A stretch of 64,000 nt of DNA from Desulfobacterales bacterium (GCA_963668645.2 CAXXWC010000017.1:1-64000); one strand, 5' to 3'. Shown: positions 49,784 through 59,785, counted from the stretch's first letter. Notes: a model not told the origin generated them from the letters alone. Numbers and translations: made by a program.

Positions 49784-51432
49784 TCGCCCCCCATTTTACC
49801 CAGGACGCCGTTCAACGAACCGTTGCGGCCCTGGCCACTTTGCAACACCCGGTCCACCAAGCCATTGCCGAGCGTCATGATCCGGCCGCGGCCTATGCCG
49901 AACGGATCGGCGCCCTGTTCCACCTTGCCGATGTTGCCGCCGATCCGCAGTGCCTGGGCTCCGAGACCGTGGAATGCCTGGCCCGCATGCTCCAGGACGC
50001 GCATTTGGGAAGCCGCCGGCAGGACCTTTTTCTAGCCCGCAAGGCGACCGAAGTCCTGCTGGCACTGGCCACCTGCTCACGGCCCCGGCTGGCCGATGGC
50101 GCCTGGGACGCACTGGGCCGGACTCTGCGCCGCACCCTGGGGCTGGCCCACCGGGGCACGGCGGAAACCATCGGGACCCTGCCCTGTCTGAAAAGAACCG
50201 GATCCTCAAGGCTGCCGCCGGTCTGCCGAGGCGACCGGTCGATCTCCTGGTCAGAAATCCCGGGCCGGGCCGGGATGAGAGGACCGCTGAGGCTGGAGTC
50301 CAAAGGCCGCAGCCTGCTGGTGCGCGACGGTATGGCCGGTCACATCCTGGTGGTCAAGCAGGCGCTGGCCGGGCAGGATCCGGATGATCTGGCCCGCGAG
50401 TGTGCCTGGATGACCTGGCTGGCCGGGGCCTCGCCGCATTTCGATTGCCGCTTCGAGGTGCCGGTTCCCCTTGAATTCGACGGCATCCATCTGGTTCGCA
50501 TCGCAAGGCTGCCGTGGCCTGGAGCGCGCCGCGCAGACATCCACCCGGAAGGATGGGCCGTCTGCTACCTGGCTCCGGAGAGCTATTTCGTTTATCCCAA
50601 CGATGCGCGCGGTGCACAGCGCCCATCGCCCGGGGCCTTTGTCGAAATCATGTCCCGCGCAGCCCGGCTCATGGGGACCCTGGCCGGTGAAGGGATCGTT
50701 CACGAAGCGCCCATCCCATTGTTTCACAACCGTGTACAGCGCCAGCGCCGGCGGGATGCGGGGCGCTATGAATGGTTCCGCGGCGGCCGTCTCGACCGTT
50801 GGCTGGCTTCGTGCGCTTATCCCAACTGGGGGCCGGCCGGGCTGCGTGATTTCGAGCATCTGATCGAATTTTGCGGCCCTCCGCTTCACCTTTACCGCCA
50901 TCTGGGCAATCATTTTTTAAGTCTTCTGCTGGTGGCGGGCAGTTATTTTCGCGCCGGGGATGCCGGGCGCATGGGGCGTCTTGCGAACGGGGAACCGGTG
51001 GATGCGCGGGATCTGTTCGACCCGGATCTGCTGGTACGCACCATTAAAGCGGTTTTTCACGGCTACTACAGGGGATTTGTCGGGGGAAACGACGAAGCAG
51101 AGCTGCCGCTGGACCCCGAAGGATTGGCGGCCCGCATGATCGACGAGATGGGCGTGGATCGTCACATGGAAGAAGTCCTGCGGGTGGCTGACCAGCAGGC
51201 CATGAGCCGCGCGCAGTTTCGTTCTTTTCTGGACCGGAGGGGGTTTACGGCCGAACAGATCGAGGCCCAGCGCCAGGGCGAACAGGACCTGACCGTGCTT
51301 ACCGGTCCGCATTTGGGCGGCTTCAACCAGACCATTTCCCTGCCCGAACTGGTCACTGCGGTTGAAGGCCTGGCGGCCACTTGCATCGCCGGCCGTTTTC
51401 GGCAAAGGCGGTGTGAACCGGAAAAAACATAA
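49780..51432 (+). CDS. SidJ-related pseudokinase
   Basis: GRSL...LVVK, PLFHN, GRLDRW, PNWGPAGLRDFEH, GPHLGGFN..ISLPEL motifs recalled for SidJ-like kinase-fold proteins. Confidence 0.7.
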   Translation: MIAPHFTQDAVQRTVAALATLQHPVHQAIAERHDPAAAYAERIGALFHLADVAADPQCLGSETVECLARMLQDAHLGSRRQDLFLARKATEVLLALATCSRPRLADGAWDALGRTLRRTLGLAHRGTAETIGTLPCLKRTGSSRLPPVCRGDRSISWSEIPGRAGMRGPLRLESKGRSLLVRDGMAGHILVVKQALAGQDPDDLARECAWMTWLAGASPHFDCRFEVPVPLEFDGIHLVRIARLPWPGARRADIHPEGWAVCYLAPESYFVYPNDARGAQRPSPGAFVEIMSRAARLMGTLAGEGIVHEAPIPLFHNRVQRQRRRDAGRYEWFRGGRLDRWLASCAYPNWGPAGLRDFEHLIEFCGPPLHLYRHLGNHFLSLLLVAGSYFRAGDAGRMGRLANGEPVDARDLFDPDLLVRTIKAVFHGYYRGFVGGNDEAELPLDPEGLAARMIDEMGVDRHMEEVLRVADQQAMSRAQFRSFLDRRGFTAEQIEAQRQGEQDLTVLTGPHLGGFNQTISLPELVTAVEGLAATCIAGRFRQRRCEPEKT

Positions 51433-51434
51433 TA

Positions 51435-51473
51435 AAAAGGGGCATCCCGTTTTTATGTAGCGGGATGCCCCCT
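51435..51473. terminator. Terminator between the convergent pseudokinase and csp genes
   Basis: AAAAAGGGGCATCCCG...CGGGATGCCCC inverted repeat. Confidence 0.75.
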
Positions 51474-51494
51474 AAAGCTTCGCAAACGGCTTAA

Positions 51495-51695
51495 TCAGAC
51501 TACGTTTACGTTGACCGCGGCAGGTCCTTTGCGGCCCTGCTCGATGTCAAAGGTCACCTGGTCGCCTTCTTTAAGGCTTTTGAAACCGGCCATGTTGATC
51601 CCTGAATGATGAACAAATACATCCGGTCCGTCTTCCTGCTGAATGAAGCCGTAGCCTTTCTGATCGTTGAACCATTTTACGATACCATTTGCCAT
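51495..51695 (-). CDS. Cold-shock protein
   Basis: VKWFN, KGYGFI, DVFVHHS RNP motifs; GGAGG RBS. Confidence 0.97.
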   Translation of the reverse strand: MANGIVKWFNDQKGYGFIQQEDGPDVFVHHSGINMAGFKSLKEGDQVTFDIEQGRKGPAAVNVNVV

Positions 51696-51820
51696 TGTGA
51701 CATCCTCCTGATTGTTCTAAGTTACCATTGTTCCAACTCGAGGTGCCACTTTCGCAAATGGTCTTCCTCTAGCCTGGAGCCGGGGCAAACAGCTATAGTG
51801 CACCCTTGGTGGTTAGTGCG

Positions 51821-51850
51821 ATAACATACTTCATTTAGAAATCTTGTCAA
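51821..51850 (-). promoter_or_regulatory. Sigma70-type promoter of the cold-shock gene (long 5' UTR)
   Basis: Minus strand TTGACA, 16-bp spacer, TATGTT. Confidence 0.5.
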
Positions 51851-51924
51851 ACGAAATTTTTTGAAGATTCATTTTTTCCCTAAAAGTCCTCCATCCGGAG
51901 CTGAAAATCAGCTTGCAGATCGGA

Positions 51925-52518
51925 TTATCGCCCGGCCTCAGACCCGGGAGGCGACGGCGGCGTGACGGTCCGGGTTTTTTCTTCATAAGTGGAAAGCAAG
52001 AAGAGAATGGCCAGCGGCTGGGTAAACAGCACGCCGATAAAGACCGTTCCGCCGATCATGTTGATGGCCGCGAACAAAATGACCACCACCACGTGGTCCA
52101 CCAGTGCACCGCGCCGGGCCATGGCGTAGCTTTCCTTCACCGCCTCGACCAGCCCCAAGCCGCTGTCGGTCATCAGCGGGATCATATAGATGCAGCAAAA
52201 GGCCACGGCCGCCAGGACGACGATCCCGGGCAGGAAAAGGAGCGTGAATCCGATGGCGGTGGCCAGCAAGACCGCGATGCCGAACCCGAGCAGGGGCAGG
52301 AACAGGTTCATGTGGCTGAACAGATCCTGCACCCGCGGTTCGCGGCCCCTGCGCATCAGTTGCAGCAGGCTTTGCGTGTAGCCGGCCATCAATACCGGGG
52401 CCAGGATGCCCAGCGTCAGGGTGCTGATGGCGATCATGACCAGGGTCAGCAGGATCAGGGATACGATGTTGTTCAGGGTCAGATTCCAGGCGGTCATGAT
52501 GTGATGTTTGAAGTCCAT
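51925..52518 (-). CDS. Hypothetical integral membrane protein
   Basis: Several hydrophobic segments; AGGAG RBS. Confidence 0.8.
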   Translation of the reverse strand: MDFKHHIMTAWNLTLNNIVSLILLTLVMIAISTLTLGILAPVLMAGYTQSLLQLMRRGREPRVQDLFSHMNLFLPLLGFGIAVLLATAIGFTLLFLPGIVVLAAVAFCCIYMIPLMTDSGLGLVEAVKESYAMARRGALVDHVVVVILFAAINMIGGTVFIGVLFTQPLAILFLLSTYEEKTRTVTPPSPPGSEAGR

Positions 52519-52580
52519 GCCAGCTCCTGAGTTTGTTTATTGTTTGTTTTCGCCATTATAAGCGGCGACGGCCGTTTGAA

Positions 52581-53894
52581 TCAACCGGTTTGCACCCGGG
52601 CCGGCTCGGGCTCGGCCCCGGTGCGGGGTAAAACGGCGTAAAGCAGCACTGCTAAGAGCACCATCCCTGCCAGGGTCATGACGGCGGCAACGGCAAAGGC
52701 GCTCTGATAGGCGCCGATTTCGGATATGCCGCGCCGGATCAGCAGGTCGGTCAAGGGGCCGGCGATGAGGGTGCCGGCCACCCCCCAGGAGAGGAAAAAG
52801 GTTGCATTGAACCATGCGAAACGGCGCGCCCGGCGTTCGGGCGGCATCAGGGTCGAGGCGAAGCTGTAGGCTGCGGCAAGGATGGTGACGTCGGCAAACC
52901 CGCGCAGGGCGTGGGCCAGGTACATCATGGTCGCATCGAGGCTCAGGGCCAGAATCAACAAGGATGCGATGGCCGTGGCCGTGCCGAGCATCACGGTGTT
53001 GCCGTTTCCCAGGCGGCGGGCAAGGGCGCCGGTGAACAGGCCGGTAACAATCATGGCGGCCGACTGGGTGTTGAAGATGTCGGCCAAAATCCGGCTGGAA
53101 ACCGCCAGGCCGGATTCCAGGGTCAAAAACTGGCTGACCATGACCACGATGGCGTTGCGTCCGAAGTTGATCAGGACCATGGCGATCAGAAACAGGAAGA
53201 AGATGCGATCGTTTGCATGGGCAGCGGCAGCCGTCGGGGCTTGGGGATCAGGGCCGGCAGCCGGCTGGCCGATCCCGCCTTCGGGAACCATGCGCATGGG
53301 CAAAACCGACAGCAGCATCACGGCCGAGGCCACGGCAAAAAGGACCCCGTTTTCAAAACCCCAGCCGTTGTAGCGCGCCCCCAACCCGTCGTAGAGCATG
53401 CCGCCGATCCAGACCCCCGCGATGCGTCCCATTCCTCCCAGGCTGGCCAGGCGCCCCTGGACCAGGCTGCGGTCCATCTCGCGGTAGACGTCGCTGATCA
53501 GGGCGCTCCAGCCCACGTTGGACATGGACCAGAAGATTTCCACCACCGACAGGCCGATGATGATGGCGTAACCGGCGCCGGTGGGGGTCGACGGCAGGCG
53601 GTGGGCGGCCCATACCCCCAGGGTGCCGAAGGCGCCAAGGATTTCACCGGCCACGATCAGGGTGCGCCTTTTTTGCAACCGATCGGAAAGCGGTCCCCAG
53701 CAAAAGGTCTGGAAAACGATGTTGAGCAGCATCGGAAGCGTGGCGAAAAGAGTGGTTTCGGTGACGCTCAGGCCGAGAAAATGGCGCAGATAGACCGACA
53801 GGTAGGCATAAAAAAGCCCCCGTCGAAACATGGCGAGCATCTCGAAAGAAGAGATGCCGAAAAAGATGCGCAGCGGTGATGGTGAGTAGCCCAA
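52581..53894 (-). CDS. MFS transporter
   Basis: About 12 TM segments; motif A GPLSDRLQKRR. Confidence 0.88.
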   Translation of the reverse strand: MGYSPSPLRIFFGISSFEMLAMFRRGLFYAYLSVYLRHFLGLSVTETTLFATLPMLLNIVFQTFCWGPLSDRLQKRRTLIVAGEILGAFGTLGVWAAHRLPSTPTGAGYAIIIGLSVVEIFWSMSNVGWSALISDVYREMDRSLVQGRLASLGGMGRIAGVWIGGMLYDGLGARYNGWGFENGVLFAVASAVMLLSVLPMRMVPEGGIGQPAAGPDPQAPTAAAAHANDRIFFLFLIAMVLINFGRNAIVVMVSQFLTLESGLAVSSRILADIFNTQSAAMIVTGLFTGALARRLGNGNTVMLGTATAIASLLILALSLDATMMYLAHALRGFADVTILAAAYSFASTLMPPERRARRFAWFNATFFLSWGVAGTLIAGPLTDLLIRRGISEIGAYQSAFAVAAVMTLAGMVLLAVLLYAVLPRTGAEPEPARVQTG

Positions 53895-54126
53895 CTTGAT
53901 GCTTCTCCGGTGAACTTCCGGGCTTCGTACCGCAAGTCCTGTTGCACCACCTTGCGACGAAAGCCGAAAGTTGAGTTACACACTTCCTTTATCCCAATAC
54001 GCCCTGTATATCACATCCATGTGAACACGTTGTTGTGCCCCCGTAAAGGTAAAGCCTAAAGCATGTCTGCGACCGGTCGAACACTCCGTTAGGTTGGCCG
54101 CCCGGCCGGGGGATTTTCAGAGGCTT

Positions 54127-55269
54127 ATGCACATCATCCTCATCGAACCTTTTTTTGCCGGCTCCCACGCCGCCTGGGCCGGGGAATATGCCCGCTGCAG
54201 CGGGCACCGGATCGAAATCCTCAGCCTTGGCGGTCATTACTGGAAATGGCGCATGCACGGCGGGGCCGTCACCCTGGCCCGCCGCTTTCTGGGCAGCGGG
54301 CTGCGGCCGGACCTGCTCCTGGCCACCGACATGCTCGATCTGACCACCTTTCTGGCCCTGACGCGGCGCCGAACCGCCGCGGTGCCAACGGCGGTCTATT
54401 TCCATGAAAATCAGATGGGCTATCCCTGGTCGCCCCGGGACCCGGATCCGGCCCGGGGGCGCGACCAACACTACGCTTTTATCAATTACAGCTCAGCCCT
54501 GGCGGCCGACCGGGTCTTTTTCAATTCAGGCTATCACCGGCGCAGCTTTCTCGATCAATTGCCCCGCTTTCTCAGGCAGTTTCCCGATCATCAGGACCTG
54601 GAAAACGTGGCACTGATCGGCGCCAAAAGCGAGGTGCTGCCCCTGGGCGTCGATCTTCGGCGCCTGGATGCTGCGGGGGCCGAAAGTCACGGGAAGGCTT
54701 CCTTTGGCGGGGCGCCCCTGATCGTCTGGAATCACCGCTGGGAGCACGATAAGAACCCGCAGGAATTTGTCCAGGCGCTTTTAGCGCTCCATGATCGGGG
54801 GGTGGACTTCCGGGTGGCGATCTTGGGCGAGGGCTGCCGCCGGGAGCACCCCGTTTTTGAAACGGCGCGCGATAGGCTGCAAGACAAGGTTGTGCGGTAT
54901 GGATATGTGAAGGATTTTACCCAATACGCCGATTGGCTGTGGCGGGCCGACATCGCACCGGTGACCTCCCGTCAGGATTTTTTCGGCGTCAGCCTCGTGC
55001 AGGCCCTTTACTGCGGCTGCTATCCGCTTTTGCCGCGGCGTTTGAGCTACCCGGAGCTGGTGCCCTGTGAAACCTATCCCGAGGTCTTTTACGACGACTT
55101 CCAGGACCTGGTGGAAAAGCTGGCCCGGGCGATCGAGGGGATCGACGCGGTGCGCCGACGATCGTTTCGCCGTTGCATCACGGGTTATGACTGGCAGTCG
55201 CTGGGGCCGGTTTACGACAAGGTCCTGGACGGGCTTGCCCCCGGTGCGAAAGGAGGGTTGATCCATTGA
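54127..55269 (+). CDS. GT4 glycosyltransferase with DUF3524 (GTDC1/QTMAN-like) N-terminal domain
   Basis: EPFFAGSH, WKWRMHGGA, YFHENQ, WNHRWEHDKNP, DFFGVS. Confidence 0.85.
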   Translation: MHIILIEPFFAGSHAAWAGEYARCSGHRIEILSLGGHYWKWRMHGGAVTLARRFLGSGLRPDLLLATDMLDLTTFLALTRRRTAAVPTAVYFHENQMGYPWSPRDPDPARGRDQHYAFINYSSALAADRVFFNSGYHRRSFLDQLPRFLRQFPDHQDLENVALIGAKSEVLPLGVDLRRLDAAGAESHGKASFGGAPLIVWNHRWEHDKNPQEFVQALLALHDRGVDFRVAILGEGCRREHPVFETARDRLQDKVVRYGYVKDFTQYADWLWRADIAPVTSRQDFFGVSLVQALYCGCYPLLPRRLSYPELVPCETYPEVFYDDFQDLVEKLARAIEGIDAVRRRSFRRCITGYDWQSLGPVYDKVLDGLAPGAKGGLIH

Positions 55270-56354
55270 ATCTGGATGTGCTCTTGTTGATCGCCTACAT
55301 GGGCCTGGCGCTGTTTTTTTCGTTTCTTTGCTCGGTTGCAGAGGCGGTGCTTTTGAGCATCACCCCCTCCTACATCGAAAGTCTCAGCGCGCGCTGGCCC
55401 AAGCGGGCCCTGCGTTTGAAGCGACTGCGGCAAGACGAGGTGGACCGATCCCTGGCCGCCATTTTGACGTTGAACACCATTGCGCACACCGTGGGCGCCA
55501 TCGGGGCCGGCGCCAAAGCCAACGTGATCTTCGGCAGCGTCTGGTTCGGTCTTTTTTCCGCCGTCATGACCCTGCTGATCCTTTTTCTTTCCGAGATCGT
55601 GCCCAAAACCATTGGCGCGGTCTACTGGCTGAAGCTGGCGGGCCCGGTGGCGGCCTTCGTCCATTTTTTGATCTTGAGCCTGTATCCCATCGTCTGGATT
55701 TCGGAACGCTTGACCGGGTGGATTGCAGACGGAAAGCAGGCGCCCCGGTTCAGCCGGGACGAGTTTCTGGCCATGGCGCGGGTGGGTGAACAGACCGGAC
55801 AGATCCGGACCAAGGAGTCGCGCATGATCGCCAATCTGCTGCGCTTCGAGTCCCTGAAAATCGTGGATATCATGACACCTCGAACCGTGGTGGCGGCCCT
55901 GCCCGAATCGATGGCTATCGGCGAAGCGCTCAAGCATGTCACCCATTCGCCGTTTTCGCGCCTGCCGGTGTATCGCGCCAACATCGACGAGATCAGCGGA
56001 TTTATCCTCAAGGACGACGTCTTGATCGCCAACACCCGCAAAGGCGGGGCTGCCCCCCTTGAGACCTTGAAACGCGAGATCCTGGCCGTGCCCGAATCCG
56101 TCTCCCTTCCACTTTTGTTCGAGCGTTTTCTCGAAGCCCGGCAGCATATCGCCGTTGTCGTGGACGAATACGGCGGGACCAAGGGACTGGTGACGCTTGA
56201 AGATCTTGTGGAGACATTGATGGGAATGGAGATCGTGGATGAAACCGACAGCGTGACGGACATGCGCCTGCTGGCCCGCAAGCAGTGGATCAAACGGGCC
56301 GAGGCCCTGGGGATCGACGTTTCAACAGTCGAGGGGATAACAGAGCGTCATTGA
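55266..56354 (+). CDS. CNNM/DUF21-CBS domain (CorB/CorC-like) membrane protein
   Basis: SVAEAVLLS, LNTIAHT, SEIVPKT, MTPR, FSRLPVY, VDEYGG. Confidence 0.9.
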   Translation: MNLDVLLLIAYMGLALFFSFLCSVAEAVLLSITPSYIESLSARWPKRALRLKRLRQDEVDRSLAAILTLNTIAHTVGAIGAGAKANVIFGSVWFGLFSAVMTLLILFLSEIVPKTIGAVYWLKLAGPVAAFVHFLILSLYPIVWISERLTGWIADGKQAPRFSRDEFLAMARVGEQTGQIRTKESRMIANLLRFESLKIVDIMTPRTVVAALPESMAIGEALKHVTHSPFSRLPVYRANIDEISGFILKDDVLIANTRKGGAAPLETLKREILAVPESVSLPLLFERFLEARQHIAVVVDEYGGTKGLVTLEDLVETLMGMEIVDETDSVTDMRLLARKQWIKRAEALGIDVSTVEGITERH

Positions 56355-56391
56355 TCAGCCCCCCACTCTCGGAAGCCACGCCCCGAGGGGC

Positions 56392-56420
56392 GGGGAAGCG
56401 GCGCCCGGCGCCGCTTCCCG
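56392..56420. terminator. GC-rich hairpin between convergent genes
   Basis: GGGAAGCGGCGC-CCG-GCGCCGCTTCCC. Confidence 0.55.
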
Positions 56421-56429
56421 TGCCGATTT

Positions 56430-58163
56430 TCAACCCCTGATCATGCGCGGCAGGATCAAGTGGTGCTGGGGGCAGATGGACTTGGGATTCTGGTAGGCCG
56501 CCCCGGCAAAGGCCACCAGGTAGTTGCGCAGCTCGGCGATGGGCACGATCTCATCGACCAGCCCGGTGCGCGCGCAAAACAGCGGGCGCGACTTGTCGTG
56601 GTAGTCGCTGGCGAGCTGATTCATCTTTTCGATCACTGGATCCAGGGGCCGGCCCGCATCCTTTTCCTTGACCAGGCGCCGCGCGTAGGTGGCCACGGCG
56701 GCGGTTTCCCCGTGCATCACGTAGATCTCCGAAGCCGCGGTGCCCAGGGTGAAGGCATTGTGGCGATTGGCCGTGGGGCCGCCCATGACGTAGTGGGCCG
56801 CGGCCGTGCCTTTGCGCAGCACCACCAGCATCATCGGCACGTCGGTCTGCTGGATGGAGTAGATCAGCGACTGGCCCAGTCCGAGCAGCTCGGCCTTCTC
56901 GGCGATGTCGCCCACGTCGATTCCCGAGGTGTCCTGGAACCAGATGACCGGGATCCGGTCCCGGCCGCAGAGGATCACGAAGTCGTTCATCTTGATCAGG
57001 CCCTGACGGTAGAGCTTGCCGCCGATGCCCGGGTAGTCGGCGTATTCCGGGTACCCTTTACCCAGGTACCCCTGGCGGTTGCCGATGCACCCGACCAGAA
57101 ATCCGTCCACCTTGCACAGCCCGGTATAGATCTCCGGGCCGTAGTCCGGGCGAAACTCCATATGCTCGCTGCCGTCCACCAGGCGCGCCAGGATCTGGTC
57201 GAATTCGTAGACCCGCTTGGGCTCCATGGGCAAAAGATTGTAGATGTCCGCGGCCGCGAACTTCGGGGCCTGGGGCTTGGCGACCCGGAAAAACTCTGGA
57301 TGATAGGAAGGCATCTGGGCCATGAACTCCTTTAGCCCGTCCAGGACCCCTTTTTCCTCTTCGTAGACGTAGCGGAAAAAGCCGGTCTGATCATAGTGAA
57401 CCTTGACCGATCCGGGGGGCTTGGCTTTGAACTGCCTGGCCTTTTCGATCAGGGTTTCGGCCATTTCGGTGTCGAAGCCCCCTTTGGGGGCCATCCCGGA
57501 GACGATGCCGGCCCCGCCCACGGCGATGTTACAGTTCTTGTGGGCAAAAAGGATCGTGGGGCTGACCCCCTGGTAGCCACCGCCGGCCGGGTTGGTGCCG
57601 TAGATGCCGGCCAGGATCGGAATGCCCATCTGCTCGAGTTCGGCGTGGCGGAAAAACGGGGTGCCGGCGCCGCGCCGGTTGGCGTAGAATTTTTCCTGCT
57701 CGGGCAGCTTGGCCCCGCTGCAGTTGACCAGCCAGATCAGCGGAACGTTGAGCCGCTTGGCCAGATCGGTAACCCGCAGGATGTTCTCAGACTGCCCGGG
57801 GAGCCAGGCCCCGGCCATCACCTTGTTGTCGAACCCGATGATCACGGCCCACTTGCCGCTGATCTTGCCCAGCCCGTCGATGACGTTGGTGGTGCCCTCT
57901 TCGTTTTCCAGGGGATTGAAAAGGGTGTGCAGGGGGCACCAGGTGCCCGGATCCACCAGGTATTCCAGTCGTTGCCAGACGGTCATTTCGCCGCGGGCGT
58001 TGATCTTCTCGGTAGGAAAGCCGGCGTTGTGCACCGCCTCAACGGCCTCGGCGATTTCGGCCTCGGCCTGCTTGAGGATCTGGACGTTTTCCGCCGTGCG
58101 CTTGATTTCGCCCTTTTTCAGTTCCCGTCCCAGATCGGGCATTTTTTCGAAATACGGTCTCAT
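56430..58163 (-). CDS. gcdA: Glutaconyl-CoA decarboxylase alpha (carboxyltransferase) subunit
   Basis: NKVMAGAW, GTNPAGGGY, GGKLYRQGL, RKGTAAAHY, MHGETAA; next to the glutaryl-CoA dehydrogenase. Confidence 0.9.
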   Translation of the reverse strand: MRPYFEKMPDLGRELKKGEIKRTAENVQILKQAEAEIAEAVEAVHNAGFPTEKINARGEMTVWQRLEYLVDPGTWCPLHTLFNPLENEEGTTNVIDGLGKISGKWAVIIGFDNKVMAGAWLPGQSENILRVTDLAKRLNVPLIWLVNCSGAKLPEQEKFYANRRGAGTPFFRHAELEQMGIPILAGIYGTNPAGGGYQGVSPTILFAHKNCNIAVGGAGIVSGMAPKGGFDTEMAETLIEKARQFKAKPPGSVKVHYDQTGFFRYVYEEEKGVLDGLKEFMAQMPSYHPEFFRVAKPQAPKFAAADIYNLLPMEPKRVYEFDQILARLVDGSEHMEFRPDYGPEIYTGLCKVDGFLVGCIGNRQGYLGKGYPEYADYPGIGGKLYRQGLIKMNDFVILCGRDRIPVIWFQDTSGIDVGDIAEKAELLGLGQSLIYSIQQTDVPMMLVVLRKGTAAAHYVMGGPTANRHNAFTLGTAASEIYVMHGETAAVATYARRLVKEKDAGRPLDPVIEKMNQLASDYHDKSRPLFCARTGLVDEIVPIAELRNYLVAFAGAAYQNPKSICPQHHLILPRMIRG

Positions 58164-58189
58164 GAGCGACTCCTATCTTTCCCCTGTGA

Positions 58190-58405
58190 TCACTCGATAA
58201 CGGCCAGTACGTCGTCTTCCTCGACCATGGCCCCTTCCTTGGCCAGGATTTCCTTGACCGTGCCGTTACAGGGAACGAAGACCGCCGTTTCCATCTTCAT
58301 GGCCTCGATGACCATGGCCTCGTCGTCTTCTTCCACCGCGTCACCGACCTTGATATTGATGGCAATCACTTTGCCCGCCAAAGGGGCCAGAATCTTTTCC
58401 GCCAT
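58190..58405 (-). CDS. gcdC: Biotin carboxyl carrier subunit
   Basis: EAMKME biotinylation motif; GGAGG RBS. Confidence 0.9.
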   Translation of the reverse strand: MAEKILAPLAGKVIAINIKVGDAVEEDDEAMVIEAMKMETAVFVPCNGTVKEILAKEGAMVEEDDVLAVIE

Positions 58406-58539
58406 TTTCGGTTTCCTCCTTGTTTTGATGGTTGTTGGCGCTTTTACCTGTGTGATAGGCAAAAGCAGACATCATGGTTTTTTTCAACTGCGACTGCGTT
58501 TTTCCTGATCGGCTCTAAGCTCCCCAGGGCTTGAAACAC

Positions 58540-59655
58540 TCAGTTGAGCAGGGTCAAAAAGATGCCGGCGGCGATGACCGTGCCGATCACCCCGGCAACG
58601 TTGGGCCCCATGGCGTACATGAGCAGATAGTTTTTCTTGTCCGCCTCGGCGCCCACCTTGTGAACCACCCGGGCCGCCATGGGCACTGCGGATACGCCGG
58701 CCGCCCCGAGCAGGGGGTTGATCTTGTTGCGCGAAAAGAGGTTCATCAGCTTGGCGAGGATCACACCGGTGGCCGTGCTCACCATGAAGGCGAAAAGGCC
58801 CAGGAAGAAGATGAAGAGGACTCGGGGTTGAAGGAAATTTTCCGCGTTCATGGTGGCGCCCACCGGCAGGCCGAGAAAGATGGTGACGATGTTGAGCAGT
58901 TCGTTCTGGGCCGCGTTGGTGAGCCGTTCGACCACCTTGGCTTCACGAAAGAGGTTGCCCAGCATGAACATCGCCATCAGCGGGGCCGAGGGCGGTACCA
59001 GCAGAATAAGCAAGATCGCCGCCACCACGGGGAAAAGGATCTTTTCCAGCGAGCCGACCTTGCGCCCCTTCTTCATCCGGATGCGCCGCTCGTTTTGGGT
59101 GGTGAGCAGCTTCATGATGGGCGGCTGGATGATCGGCACCAGGGCCATGTAGGAGTAGGCCGCTACCGCGCAGCTTCCCAGCAGCTGGGGGGCCATCTTG
59201 GTGGCCAGAAAGATCGTGGTCGGCCCGTCGGCCCCTCCGATGATGCCGATGGTGGCCGCTTCCTTCAGATCGAATCCCATGGCATGGGCTATGAAAAAGG
59301 TCAAATAGACCCCGCCCTGGGCCCCCGCTCCAAGGAAGATGAGCCGCGGATTGGCCAGCAGGGGGCCGAAGTCGGTCAATGCCCCCAGGCCGAGGAAGAT
59401 CAGGGGCGGGATTACCTCCCACTGGAGACCGTAGTGATAGAAGCGCCAGACCAGCCCTTCGCCGGGCTTCATCAAGTCGGCCATGGGCAGGTTGACCAGC
59501 AGGATGCCGAAGCCGATGGGCAGCAGCAAAAGCGGTTCGTAATCCTTGGCAATGGCCAGGTAGAGAAGCGCAAAGGCGATCGCCCACATGATCAACATGC
59601 CGGGGGTGAGGTAAAAAAAGCCTGATGTTTTGAACAGTTCGACCAGATTTCCCAT
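58540..59655 (-). CDS. gcdB: Na+-translocating decarboxylase beta subunit
   Basis: YEPLLLLPIGFG, GGADGPT, GVSAVPMAARV, MGPNVAGVIG. Confidence 0.92.
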   Translation of the reverse strand: MGNLVELFKTSGFFYLTPGMLIMWAIAFALLYLAIAKDYEPLLLLPIGFGILLVNLPMADLMKPGEGLVWRFYHYGLQWEVIPPLIFLGLGALTDFGPLLANPRLIFLGAGAQGGVYLTFFIAHAMGFDLKEAATIGIIGGADGPTTIFLATKMAPQLLGSCAVAAYSYMALVPIIQPPIMKLLTTQNERRIRMKKGRKVGSLEKILFPVVAAILLILLVPPSAPLMAMFMLGNLFREAKVVERLTNAAQNELLNIVTIFLGLPVGATMNAENFLQPRVLFIFFLGLFAFMVSTATGVILAKLMNLFSRNKINPLLGAAGVSAVPMAARVVHKVGAEADKKNYLLMYAMGPNVAGVIGTVIAAGIFLTLLN

Positions 59656-59656
59656 T

Positions 59657-59785
59657 TTACCCTTCCTTGCCGGCGCCCATGCGGTCCACCACCAGCGAGA
59701 TGAGGCGGATGGCGGTGTAGAGCAGGGTCATGCCGATGAAGACGCCGCCCAGACCCACCACAAAGATTTCGATCGCTTCCTTCAC
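59657..59785 (-). CDS. 42-aa single-TM decarboxylase delta/gamma-like subunit (absent from the ORF track)
   Basis: GAGGAGG RBS, GTG start, MKEAIEIFVVGLGGVFIGMTLLYTAIRLISLVVDRMGAGKEG; stop 1 nt before the gcdB ATG. Confidence 0.8.
   Translation of the reverse strand: MKEAIEIFVVGLGGVFIGMTLLYTAIRLISLVVDRMGAGKEG

Noticed and set aside
54011..54026. TCACA-N4-TGTGA palindrome as a CRP or Rex site
   Set aside because: The half-site orientation and spacing do not match either consensus.
55266..56354. Hemolysin/toxin call
   Set aside because: The DUF21-CBS architecture corresponds to Mg2+/Co2+ homeostasis proteins, not a toxin.
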